The notes under the pieces: generated by a model
Told to the model about the DNA's origin: nothing
Database searches by the model: none
Seen by the model: the letters and a program-made list of their open reading frames with translations, nothing else
DNA from: Roseibacillus sp.
GTDB lineage: Bacteria > Verrucomicrobiota > Verrucomicrobiia > Verrucomicrobiales > Akkermansiaceae
Assembly: GCA_051251855.1 (NCBI GenBank)
Contig: JBPOGI010000002.1
Coordinates: forward strand, 512,001-576,000
Direction of reading: 5' to 3'
DNA: 64,000 nucleotides
Part shown: positions 43,843 through 52,630 of the stretch, piece by piece
How the letters are laid out: every line of letters begins with the position of its first letter
Numbering within the stretch: position 1 is the stretch's first letter
Made by a program: the position numbers and the translations under genes

Positions 43843-44931
43843 ATGGAATCGTCACAGGATTGGTGGAAGTCGCGGGATTTGCCCGAGCGGCTGGGTCCAA
43901 TGATGACGAAGGAGTTGCGGCAAGGCTTGAGACGTGGGTTGTTCCTGTTTCCATTCATTGGCATTCAGATTCTCTCGGTTGCGGCGATGGCAGTGGAGTT
44001 TCAGATGAATATCGATGATATCGAGAAGTCGACTCCTTATGGTGGGCCGTTGAATTTTTTGATGTTTTTCCCGGGGGAGATGTTCTCAGGTCCGTTCTGG
44101 GTGGTGGTGGGATTGGTTTGTTTGGTGCTCATGCCGCTGGGAGGGCTGATGTTGATGGGGCAGGAGCTGGAGGAGGGGAACCATGAACTGTTGCTGATGA
44201 CTCCACTGAGTCGATGGAAAGTGGTGCAGGGTAAATTCATCACGCTGTGGGGCATTTGCCTGCTGACGTTCTCGTCGTTGATGCCGTATGCGATTGTACG
44301 CTACTTCATCGGGGGTATCGATGTCGGGCGGAATATTGGGTTGGCGCTGACGGTGATTTTGGGGTCGGGGATTATCGCGGCGGGGGCAATAGGGGCGTCG
44401 TCGTTTCGAGGGATGATTGCGAGGATTGGAATCTTGGGATTGTTCCTAGGATCGCTGGCGCTATCGTTGATGGCGAGTGTGATGAGTGCGGCGGCGCGCA
44501 CAGAAGGGGCGGGGGTGTTTTTCCATCTCAATGCTTACGGGATCTTCTTTTGTTACACAGTGTTAGGGCTGGCGATGGCGCGTTCGCGCATTCGGTTGGT
44601 GGTTCATCATTATGAGGTGAAGCCGAGCTGGATGATTATCGGGCTGTTGTTCTTCACACCCTTCGTGATTGGTATGGCGGCAGCGGTGACGACGGGTTAT
44701 GCGGGGTTTTTAGGCTCCATAGGAATGGGCTTTGTGGCCTGGTTTGCAGATGTGACGCCGAAGGCTCCGGCTTGGGTGAATGCTCCGAATTCGAATGTTC
44801 CGCAGCCTCCACAGTTGCCGTCTGAGGGGCTGAGTGATGTGGGGGTGGAGTCGTCGGTAAATACGGAGGTGAGTGAAAAAGACCCTGAGACGAATTCTCT
44901 GGGGCCGGTCGAAGACCGGCGCTCCCAGTAA
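43843..44931 (+). CDS. ABC-2 type transporter permease-like membrane protein
   Basis: KELRQGLR, ELLLMTPLSRWKVVQGKF, multiple TM helices. Confidence 0.8.
   Translation: MESSQDWWKSRDLPERLGPMMTKELRQGLRRGLFLFPFIGIQILSVAAMAVEFQMNIDDIEKSTPYGGPLNFLMFFPGEMFSGPFWVVVGLVCLVLMPLGGLMLMGQELEEGNHELLLMTPLSRWKVVQGKFITLWGICLLTFSSLMPYAIVRYFIGGIDVGRNIGLALTVILGSGIIAAGAIGASSFRGMIARIGILGLFLGSLALSLMASVMSAAARTEGAGVFFHLNAYGIFFCYTVLGLAMARSRIRLVVHHYEVKPSWMIIGLLFFTPFVIGMAAAVTTGYAGFLGSIGMGFVAWFADVTPKAPAWVNAPNSNVPQPPQLPSEGLSDVGVESSVNTEVSEKDPETNSLGPVEDRRSQ
44901..44930 (-). repeat. REP-like palindrome overlapping the 3' end of the permease gene
   Basis: Reverse complement TACTGGGAGCGCCGGTCTTCGACCGGCCCC is 28/30 identical to 6838-6867. 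Confidence 0.8.
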
Positions 44932-44982
44932 CGGACCTTTTTATTTGAGGGAGAGAGGGTTTCGGGGCACTGTGGAAGTGTT

Positions 44983-45267
44983 GTGGCAAAAAAGCAGAGT
45001 TTCCTCCTCGATATTTGGTTCTTTTCGAAAGCGTTGTTGCACGATCGGACCACGCGGAGGCGCTTTTTGGCCTATTTGCTGATAGTGGTTCTGACGTTAT
45101 TGATTTTGGGGAATTGGCCGTTGAGTTCGTGGGTGGAGCAGACGAAGCCACGCTTCGCTGTTTGGTGGGGCGGTACGATGTTCCTGACAGTCTGGATGTT
45201 TCTGCTGGCGCTGTATGATGCTTCGAGAGTGAGGAAAGAGATTTTCGACGAAGAGGATCCTTCTTGA
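44983..45267 (+). CDS. Small membrane protein (2 TM), hypothetical
   Basis: 94-aa ORF with two hydrophobic segments. Confidence 0.7.
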   Translation: MAKKQSFLLDIWFFSKALLHDRTTRRRFLAYLLIVVLTLLILGNWPLSSWVEQTKPRFAVWWGGTMFLTVWMFLLALYDASRVRKEIFDEEDPS

Positions 45268-45314
45268 ACGGGTTGTAAGCTTGCGAAAATTTTTCCCGTG
45301 CGGAAGATGCGGGC

Positions 45315-46646
45315 ATGACTCCCGCACTAGAAGACCTTTTTGCCGTTCTCCGCTTTCCTAGTATCTCGACTGACTCCAATCATGCTGCCGATGTGCGTGC
45401 TTGTGCGCAGTGGTATGTCGATAAGTTCCAAAAAATGGGGCTTTCCGTTGAGCTGGCAGAGACCGCGAAACATCCTATTGTGGTAGCGAAGAACGAGCCT
45501 GTGGCAGGGCGGAAGACGGTGCTGATTTATGGTCACTATGATGTTCAACCAGTGGATCCGCTTGAGCTGTGGGACAGTGCACCGTTTGAGCCTGTTATCA
45601 AGGATGGGAAGATTTGGGCAAGGGGAGCGACAGACAATAAGGGGCAGCACATGGCGCATCTCTTGGGAGTAGAGGAGACGTTGAAGGAGAAAGGGGAGTT
45701 GCCAGTGAACTTAATTTTCCTATTGGAGGGCGAAGAGGAAATCGGGAGTCCTAATTTGCCCGGGTTTTTGGAGGAGCGAAAGGAGGAGCTAGCCTGTGAT
45801 GTCATTGCGGTGAGTGATACTGGAATGGTGGCTGACGGGGTGCCGACGCTGGGGTATGGGTTGAGGGGAATCACTTGTTGCGAGGTGAAGGTCATGGGGC
45901 CGGATAAGGACCTGCATTCGGGAGTTTATGGCGGAGCGGTGGCGAACCCGGCGACGGCGGCGGCGCAATTGATTGCCAGCTTGCATGATGATGAAGGCAA
46001 GGTGGCGGTGGAGGGGTTCTATAATGAGGTTGAGCCGCTGGCGGATTGGGAGCGTGAGATGTGGAGCAAGGTTCCCGGAATGACGAAGGAGGATGTGTTG
46101 GAGGTGACTGGGTCACCTGACTTGTTTGGTGAGGTGGGTTACTCTTCGGCGGAGCGGTTGTGGGCTCGACCCACATGTGAGGTGAATGGGATGTGGGGCG
46201 GATATCAGGGCGAGGGGTCGAAGACGGTTCTTCCTGCGGAGGCGGGTTTCAAGTTATCGTGTCGTCTCGTGCCAGACCAAGATCCGGATGTCGTTTTGGA
46301 GCGCGTGAGAAAGCATTTGGAGGCTCATGTTCCGGCGGGAGTGAAGATTGAGTTCGAGGCTGGGCATTCGGGGAAGGCGTATGTGGCGGATCCGCATTCG
46401 GAGGCAGGCAAGGCGGCGCAGGCGGCTTTGGAAGAGGTGTTTGGGAAGGCTCCGGTGCTGATTCGGGAGGGAGGGAGTATTCCGATTATTCAGAGTATGA
46501 AGGAGATTTTGGGGACGGATACCTTGATGCTGGGGCTGGCGCTGCCGGATTGTCAGATTCACTCGCCTAATGAGAACTTTACGGTGAAGAACTTTGAAGC
46601 GGGGATTCAGTTGAGTCGGGTGTTGTTGGATAAGTTGGGAGCTTGA
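45315..46646 (+). CDS. M20 family dipeptidase
   Basis: YGHYDVQP, ARGATDNKGQ, EGEEEIGS, DLHSG, GGSIP, HSPNE. Confidence 0.95.
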   Translation: MTPALEDLFAVLRFPSISTDSNHAADVRACAQWYVDKFQKMGLSVELAETAKHPIVVAKNEPVAGRKTVLIYGHYDVQPVDPLELWDSAPFEPVIKDGKIWARGATDNKGQHMAHLLGVEETLKEKGELPVNLIFLLEGEEEIGSPNLPGFLEERKEELACDVIAVSDTGMVADGVPTLGYGLRGITCCEVKVMGPDKDLHSGVYGGAVANPATAAAQLIASLHDDEGKVAVEGFYNEVEPLADWEREMWSKVPGMTKEDVLEVTGSPDLFGEVGYSSAERLWARPTCEVNGMWGGYQGEGSKTVLPAEAGFKLSCRLVPDQDPDVVLERVRKHLEAHVPAGVKIEFEAGHSGKAYVADPHSEAGKAAQAALEEVFGKAPVLIREGGSIPIIQSMKEILGTDTLMLGLALPDCQIHSPNENFTVKNFEAGIQLSRVLLDKLGA

Positions 46647-46665
46647 GTTGGAGGAAAGACTTGTG

Positions 46666-46702
46666 TTTTTAACCGCAGATGAACGCGGATAAACCCAGGT
46701 TT
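46666..46702 (+). repeat. AACCGCAGA-type intergenic repeat
   Basis: TTTTTAACCGCAGATGAACGCGGATAAACCCAGGTTT. Confidence 0.6.
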
Positions 46703-46849
46703 GACGGTTCGGGATGGGAGTTTTGAACTTTGTGTTTCAGAGATGACGAGCGGTAATTTTTGGGGCTTTTTTAGGGTTGGCTGAGTTGCGTTTTCCAGCA
46801 CTTGCCCTTTTTTGAAATCGCTCCATATTGCGACACCTTTTTTCACGCT

Positions 46850-47626
46850 ATGATTGTTCTTTTATCTCCTGCTAAGTCTCTTGACTACGATTCGCCTTTG
46901 TTGACGAAGAAGTCGACCAAGCCTCGCTTTATTGATGATTCTGCCGAATTGGTGCAGGGGCTCAGGAAGCTCTCAGAGGCGCAGGTGGGAAAGTTGATGT
47001 CGATTAGTGACAAGCTGGCGGAGTTGAACCATGAGCGTTTCGCAGCTTGGGAATCTGACTTTACAAAGGAGAATTCGCGGCAAGCGATTCTGGCTTTTAC
47101 GGGTGATGTTTATCAGGGGATGGAGTTGACGGAGTGGAGCACGGAAGATTTCGCGAGGGCTCAAAAACAGGTAAGGATTCTCTCGGGCCTCTATGGGGTG
47201 CTGCGTCCGTTAGATTTGATGCAGCCTTACCGGCTCGAAATGGGGACTCAATTTAAGAATGCTCGGGGTAAGAATCTCTATGAATTTTGGGGGAGTCAGG
47301 TGACGACTCTGTTGAACAAAGATTTGAAGAAGTCGGGTAGTGAGGTGGTGGTGAACTTGGCCTCGAATGAGTATTTCTCGGCGGTGAAGAAAGGGGAGTT
47401 GGCGGGTGAGCTGGTGACTCCGGTTTTTAAGGATGAGAAAAATGGGAAGTATAAGATCATCTCGTTTTTTGCGAAGAAGGCGCGGGGGATGATGGCCGAC
47501 TTCATTGTCCGCGAGGGGATTGATGCAGCGGCGGATTTGAAGAAGTTTAAGGGGGGAGGCTATCGCTACAGTGCGAAGGAGTCGGAGGGGAATACCTTGG
47601 TGTTTCTGCGTAAGGAGCAGAAGTAG
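46850..47626 (+). CDS. yaaA: Peroxide stress protein YaaA
   Basis: LSPAKSLD, FTGDVYQG, ILSGLYGVLRPLDLMQPYRLEMG, NLASNEY, AKKARG. Confidence 0.95.
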   Translation: MIVLLSPAKSLDYDSPLLTKKSTKPRFIDDSAELVQGLRKLSEAQVGKLMSISDKLAELNHERFAAWESDFTKENSRQAILAFTGDVYQGMELTEWSTEDFARAQKQVRILSGLYGVLRPLDLMQPYRLEMGTQFKNARGKNLYEFWGSQVTTLLNKDLKKSGSEVVVNLASNEYFSAVKKGELAGELVTPVFKDEKNGKYKIISFFAKKARGMMADFIVREGIDAAADLKKFKGGGYRYSAKESEGNTLVFLRKEQK

Positions 47627-47641
47627 AGACTTTAAGAAGCG

Positions 47642-50323
47642 TTAGGAAGCTCCGCTGAGATGTCGCGCGGTGGCGAGGGTGTCGATGTCTGCGGGGCCTT
47701 TGTCGCGTCGGATGGCTTTGATGCGAGGGAAGCGGAGGGCGAGACCGGAGTTGTGGCGCTTGGAGGGATTGATGGAGTCGAAAGCGATTTCGAGGACGAT
47801 GGTGGGTTCGACCCAGTGCACGCGGCGCTTGGTTTCGAGGGTGGTGCGCTTGAAGTATTCGGTGAGGTCTTCGATTTCTTCGTCGGTGAGGCCGGAATAG
47901 GCTTTGCCGATGGTGACGAGTTCGTTGGTGCGTTCGTCGCGGATGGCGAAGGTGTAGTCGGAGAGGACTTCGGCGCGGCGTCCGTGGCCTTGTTGAGCGG
48001 CGATGACGACGCAGTCGAGGGTGGGCATCACGCCTTTGAGCTTGAGCCAGGATTTTCCGCGCCGGCCCGGGGAGTAGGGAGAGTCTGGTTCTTTGGCGAT
48101 AAGGCCTTCGTGGCCGGCGGCGAGAGAGTGTTTGAAGTGTTGTTCGATTTCTTCGATGGAGTCGGCTTGGTAGTGGTCGATGAGGGAAAAGGAAGCGGGG
48201 AGGGAGAGTTTTTCGAGAGTCTTTCGTCGCTTGTGGTAAGGCTCTTCGAGGAGGTCTTTGCCTTCTTGCCAGAGGATGTCGAAGGCGATGAAGTGAACGG
48301 GGATGGCTTCGCCAAGGAAGAGGTCGCCTTGATGGCGCTTGCGGCCGAGGCGCTTTTGGAGGTCGAAGAAGTTGAGTTGTCGTCCTTCGGCAAAGGCGAT
48401 GAGTTCGCCGTCGAGGATGCAGGAGGAGGGAAGTGATTGGGCGGCGGTGATGATTTCGGGGAATTCGTCACTGAGGTCGCGCAGGTCGCGTGAAAAAAGG
48501 GACGTGCCTTCGGGAGAGTGATGAAGTTGGGCACGAATGCCGTCGTGTTTGGGTTCGAGGTGGATTGGGAAGGCTGTGCTGAGGCGGTTGAAGATGGCTT
48601 CGGCGTCAGGCTCAGGAGAGGCGAGCATGGGCGCGAGTGGGGTGTGAACTTGCAGTTTGGCTTCTTCGAGTTTGTTCTCTTTTGCTAGCTGAGTGGTGAG
48701 GGCGAGGTCGCCGAGAAGCATGTGCGCTTTGCGGACCGCAGCGGGATTGGCGTTGAAGGCTTGGGCGATGGCGTCTTCGAGGAGGGCTGTTTTGAGGCCG
48801 GCGCGGAGGTCTCCAGTGAGAAGGCGGACGAGAAATTCGGATTCGAGGGGAGAGAGGGTGCGGAAGAGGTCGGCGAGGAGGGCTGTCTTTTGGAGGGAGC
48901 CTTTGGTGGCGGCAATGGTTTGGAAGAAGAGGGAGAAGTCTTGGAGGGTCTGGTGTTCGGTGGGGTTGTGGTCTTGGGGTGGGAATTGTTCGAGTAGGAG
49001 GCGAGCGGTGCGGGCGGACTCGGCAGTCGTTTTTGAGAGTTGGCGATAGGTGGCAAGGGGTGCTTTGGTAGCCTCGAGTAGTGCTTGGCGAATGATGGCG
49101 TTGCCGAGGGTGAGGGCCTTTCGTTTTCCGAGGAGGCGGTTGGAAAGGAAGTGGATGGTGTGGGGCAGGAGGTCGTCGTTGAGTTGTTGCAGATGGTTGG
49201 AGACAAGGGAGGTTTTTCGCAGGCGGGAGGAGGCCGCGGCGACTTCGGTAACGACGGCGGCGAGTTGGGAAAGTTCGGTGTTCCGTTGGGGTTTGGACTG
49301 GGTTGAAGGAGTGGGGGCTGTCTTTTCGGGAGCTTGCAGGGATAGTTCGATTTGGTCGTCGCCGTAGATAGACCAGGCTTCGTAGCCGCGCTGGCGCAGG
49401 TCGCGAGCGAACTCGCGGGTGGAGCCGTGGAGGGTGAGGACTTGCTTGGGTTTGACCTGCGCGACAGTTTCTAACAACTCTTGGTAGTCGGCGTGGTCGG
49501 AGAGGGGGAAGGCTGCGTCGGTTTGGTAGCGGTATTGGGCGCCTGGGGTTTGGGCCCAGCCAGAGAGCATGGCGATGCGCCGTTTTTTAAGTGCGCGGAT
49601 TTGTTTGGAGCGGACGGCGTTGGGAGGGGCAACGAGGACGTGGCCCGGGGGGAGTGTTCCTTCGAAAAGGGGCGGGGGTGGGTAATTGAGTCCGGCTTCG
49701 TGGCAAGCGACAGACATTTCGGCGACGGTTTTGTGCGCGGTGGCGGGGATGTTGGCTTCGTGAAGGAGGGCGAGGGCTTCTTGTGCCTTGCCGAGGGAGT
49801 AGCCGAGGAGGATGGGTTGTTCGCCGTCGTCGAGGGTGGATTGCACGAAGTGGAGGATGTCGCGGGTGACTTCTTCGCGGGGAGGAAAGATGAACTGGGG
49901 ACGGCCGAAGGTGGTCTCCATGATGAGGATGTCGGCGGGGAGGAGTTCGGTCTTTTCGCTGGTGAGGGAGTCGCGCAGCTTGTAGTCGCCGGTGTAGAGA
50001 GCGGTGGCTCCGTCGGAGAGACGGGTGGCATGTATCATGGCGGAACCGAAGATGTGACCGGCGGGGAGGAGGCGGATTTCGAAGCCGTTGATGAGGGTGA
50101 CTTCGTGGTAGGGGATGGTTTCGATGCGGGAGGCGGCGACGCGAAAGCGCTTGTGCAGGAGGTGACCGGTGACGGGGGAGCAGAGGATGCGTTCGTGGCG
50201 CGCGAAGTGGTCTGCGTGCGCGTGGGAGATGAAGGCGAATGGGTTGGGCCGGTGGGGGTCGAGGAAGAGGTCGAGTTCCGGCCAGTGGAGGGCAGGTCGG
50301 GTTTTGACTTCGATGAGGGGCAC
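47642..50323 (-). CDS. ATP-dependent DNA ligase fused to N-terminal metallo-beta-lactamase/beta-CASP nuclease
   Basis: FISHAHADH, AGHIFGSA, YTGD, METTFG, YSLGKAQ, LSDHADY; ligase PMLA, EPKHDGIRAQ, LDGE, AFD, EGLIAK, WLKLK, LRFPR. Confidence 0.93.
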   Translation of the reverse strand: MPLIEVKTRPALHWPELDLFLDPHRPNPFAFISHAHADHFARHERILCSPVTGHLLHKRFRVAASRIETIPYHEVTLINGFEIRLLPAGHIFGSAMIHATRLSDGATALYTGDYKLRDSLTSEKTELLPADILIMETTFGRPQFIFPPREEVTRDILHFVQSTLDDGEQPILLGYSLGKAQEALALLHEANIPATAHKTVAEMSVACHEAGLNYPPPPLFEGTLPPGHVLVAPPNAVRSKQIRALKKRRIAMLSGWAQTPGAQYRYQTDAAFPLSDHADYQELLETVAQVKPKQVLTLHGSTREFARDLRQRGYEAWSIYGDDQIELSLQAPEKTAPTPSTQSKPQRNTELSQLAAVVTEVAAASSRLRKTSLVSNHLQQLNDDLLPHTIHFLSNRLLGKRKALTLGNAIIRQALLEATKAPLATYRQLSKTTAESARTARLLLEQFPPQDHNPTEHQTLQDFSLFFQTIAATKGSLQKTALLADLFRTLSPLESEFLVRLLTGDLRAGLKTALLEDAIAQAFNANPAAVRKAHMLLGDLALTTQLAKENKLEEAKLQVHTPLAPMLASPEPDAEAIFNRLSTAFPIHLEPKHDGIRAQLHHSPEGTSLFSRDLRDLSDEFPEIITAAQSLPSSCILDGELIAFAEGRQLNFFDLQKRLGRKRHQGDLFLGEAIPVHFIAFDILWQEGKDLLEEPYHKRRKTLEKLSLPASFSLIDHYQADSIEEIEQHFKHSLAAGHEGLIAKEPDSPYSPGRRGKSWLKLKGVMPTLDCVVIAAQQGHGRRAEVLSDYTFAIRDERTNELVTIGKAYSGLTDEEIEDLTEYFKRTTLETKRRVHWVEPTIVLEIAFDSINPSKRHNSGLALRFPRIKAIRRDKGPADIDTLATARHLSGAS

Positions 50324-50388
50324 GAGGGAGCTTACACCCTTTTTAGAAAGAGGAAACTGGGGAGGTGGTTTTGGTCGGGCTGGTAGGG

Positions 50389-50436
50389 TTTTTTAACCGC
50401 AGAGACGCAGAGGTCGCTGAGGAACACAGAGATTTT
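50389..50436 (+). repeat. AACCGCAGA-type intergenic repeat
   Basis: TTTTTTAACCGCAGAGACGCAGAGGTCGCTGAGGAACACAGAGATTTT. Confidence 0.6.
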
Positions 50437-50493
50437 GGGAAGAGTTTTTCAGGGGCGGACTGGTGGGGGGCGGCAGTGAAGGCTGCTCCTCCC

Positions 50494-52461
50494 TTAGTCG
50501 ACTTTCTGGAAAACGATGGCGCTGCGGTTGGGGAGGTAGGCGCGGAGGTTGCTGTCGAGGGCGTGGTGGAGGGAGCCGGTTTCGAGGCGTTTGAGGCCGT
50601 CGAATTCGGCGGCGTCGGTGTCGAGGATGTGTTTGAAGGTTCCCGGGACGTGAGTGGGGATGCTGTAGTCGGGGATGCTGTTGTGGGGATGGAAGTTGAA
50701 GGCGAAGATGAGGTTGGCGCGTTCGAATTGAATGGAGAGGTTGCCTTGATCGACGTTGAGGAGTTGGGCGGGGGCGGCTTCGAGGACTTTGTGGTCGCGC
50801 ACGAGTTCGAGCATCGCTTGTTCGAAGTTTTGCAGGCCGCCGTATTTGAGGTCGGGGTTGTCGGCGAGGTGCCATTGACGACGGGCGTATTTGTAGGACC
50901 AGTCGTTGCCTTCGCGTGGGAAGTCGATCCACTCGGGGTGGCCGAATTCGTTGCCGATGAAGCTGAGCCAGGCTTCGCCACCGGCAATCATGGTGAGGAG
51001 GCGAATCATTTTGTGGAAGGCAATGCCGCGGTCGATGATGGGACTTTCGTCCGTCTTTTTCATCTTCCAATACATCTCTTTGTCCATGAGCCAGAAGGCG
51101 AGGGTCTTGTCGCCGACGAGGCCTTGGTCGTGGGACTCGGCGTAGGCCACGGTCTTTTCGCCATAGCGTCTGTTAGAAAGTTGATTCCAAAGGACGTTAA
51201 GGTCCCATTGTTCGTCGGGGGTGTGTTTGAGGAGTTTGATCCAGTGGTCGGGGATGCCCATGCCGAGGCGATAGTCGAAGCCGAGTCCGCCGTCGGCGGG
51301 GGGCTTGCAGCAGCCGGGCATGCCGGAAAAATCTTCCGCGATAGTGAGGGCCCCCGGAAAGATTTCACGGATGAGGGTGTTGGCGAGTTGAAGGTAGGTA
51401 ACAGCGCTCCAGTCGACGCCGTCGTAGAAGTATTTGTCGTAGTGGTCGAAGGTGGTGTCGCCATGATGGTGGTAGAGCATGGAGGTGACTCCATCGAAGC
51501 GGAAGCCGTCGAAGCGGAAGTCTTCAAGCCAATAGGCAAGGTTGGAGAGGAGAAAGCCTTGGGTGGAGGGGTGGCCGTAGTCGAAGAGAAGGGAGTCCCA
51601 CTGTTCGTGCTCGCCGGCGGGGCCGCTGTGGAGGAGGTAGCCTTCCTTGCCATCGAATTCGCGAATGCCTTCGGCGAAGTTTTTGATAGTGTGGGAGTGA
51701 ACGAGGTCGAGAACAACCGAGATACCTAATCCGTGAGCGTCGTCGACGAGGGCGCGGAGTTCGTCGGGGGTGCCGAAGCGGCTGGAGGGGGCGAAGAAGT
51801 TGGCGACGTGGTAACCGAAAGACCCGTAGTAGGGGTGCTCGGCAATAGCCATCATTTGCACGGTGTCGTAGCCGAGCTTGGCGATGCGGGGGAGGACGAA
51901 GGTACGGAACTCTTCGTAGGTGCCCACACCTTCGCGCTCGGTGGCGATGCCGAGGTGGGCCTCGTAGATGCGAGGGGCGGTGGACTTGGTGGGGCGTTCG
52001 TTTTTCCACTGATAGGGTTGCGCGGGATGCCAGACGGTGCTCGTGAAAGAGTGATCTTCGGGATTTTGGAGGGCGTAACGAGTGAAGGGGGAGAGGCGTA
52101 GGTGGGTGCCGTTGTCGCCGACGACGCAGACCTTGTAATTGGAGAGGTGGGAGAGGCTGTCAGCGGGGAGGGTGAGGTGCCAATTGCCTTCGTTGTCGCG
52201 GGTGGCGGGGTGGGCGTTGTTGTCCCAATTATTGAAGTCGCCGACAAGGGAGAGTTGGTGGGCGTGGGGAGCGTATTCGCGGTAGGTCCACTGTTGGTTG
52301 GCTTCGTCGAAGAGGAGGCCGTTGGTGCGGTGGAGGGTGGCTTGGTTTTTGAGAGGGGTGTCGCCGGAGCTTTGGAAGAAGCGGTCGCGACGGCTGGCAA
52401 TAGCGTTGTGGTAGGGCGCGAGCCAAGGGTCGTCGGTGACGAGAGTCAGTTCTTCTTCCAT
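50494..52461 (-). CDS. glgB: 1,4-alpha-glucan branching enzyme (GH13)
   Basis: YREYAP, LVGDFNNW, RIYEAHLG, EHPYYGSFGYHV, SSRFGTP, FDGFRFDGVTSMLY, IAED, YAESHDQ, GNEFGHPEWIDFPR. Confidence 0.93.
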   Translation of the reverse strand: MEEELTLVTDDPWLAPYHNAIASRRDRFFQSSGDTPLKNQATLHRTNGLLFDEANQQWTYREYAPHAHQLSLVGDFNNWDNNAHPATRDNEGNWHLTLPADSLSHLSNYKVCVVGDNGTHLRLSPFTRYALQNPEDHSFTSTVWHPAQPYQWKNERPTKSTAPRIYEAHLGIATEREGVGTYEEFRTFVLPRIAKLGYDTVQMMAIAEHPYYGSFGYHVANFFAPSSRFGTPDELRALVDDAHGLGISVVLDLVHSHTIKNFAEGIREFDGKEGYLLHSGPAGEHEQWDSLLFDYGHPSTQGFLLSNLAYWLEDFRFDGFRFDGVTSMLYHHHGDTTFDHYDKYFYDGVDWSAVTYLQLANTLIREIFPGALTIAEDFSGMPGCCKPPADGGLGFDYRLGMGIPDHWIKLLKHTPDEQWDLNVLWNQLSNRRYGEKTVAYAESHDQGLVGDKTLAFWLMDKEMYWKMKKTDESPIIDRGIAFHKMIRLLTMIAGGEAWLSFIGNEFGHPEWIDFPREGNDWSYKYARRQWHLADNPDLKYGGLQNFEQAMLELVRDHKVLEAAPAQLLNVDQGNLSIQFERANLIFAFNFHPHNSIPDYSIPTHVPGTFKHILDTDAAEFDGLKRLETGSLHHALDSNLRAYLPNRSAIVFQKVD

Positions 52462-52596
52462 AGTGGATAGCATTGAGAATCAGGCAGGAAAAATCGAGCC
52501 TAGGATTTGATTGATTTGGCCGAGGTACTGGCTACTGGATAGCAGGGCAGGTGCCAAGGGTGAGCGGGAGGCTGGACGGGCTTGGTTGTTTTTGTA

Positions 52597-52624
52597 GTGG
52601 GGCCGACGAGGCGTCGGCGCTACT
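52597..52624 (-). repeat. GTAG-type REP-like palindrome
   Basis: Reverse complement AGTAGCGCCGACGCCTCGTCGGCCCCAC just after the OYE stop. Confidence 0.55.
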
Positions 52625-52630
52625 TTGCCT

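Noticed and set aside
36625..50436. Short intergenic repeats as a CRISPR array
   Set aside because: Dispersed over kilobases with no regular repeat-spacer structure.
50494..52461. Branching enzyme looks like the eukaryote-type GH13 subfamily
   Set aside because: This type is known from several bacterial phyla and codon usage matches the host, so it is not evidence of contamination or novelty.
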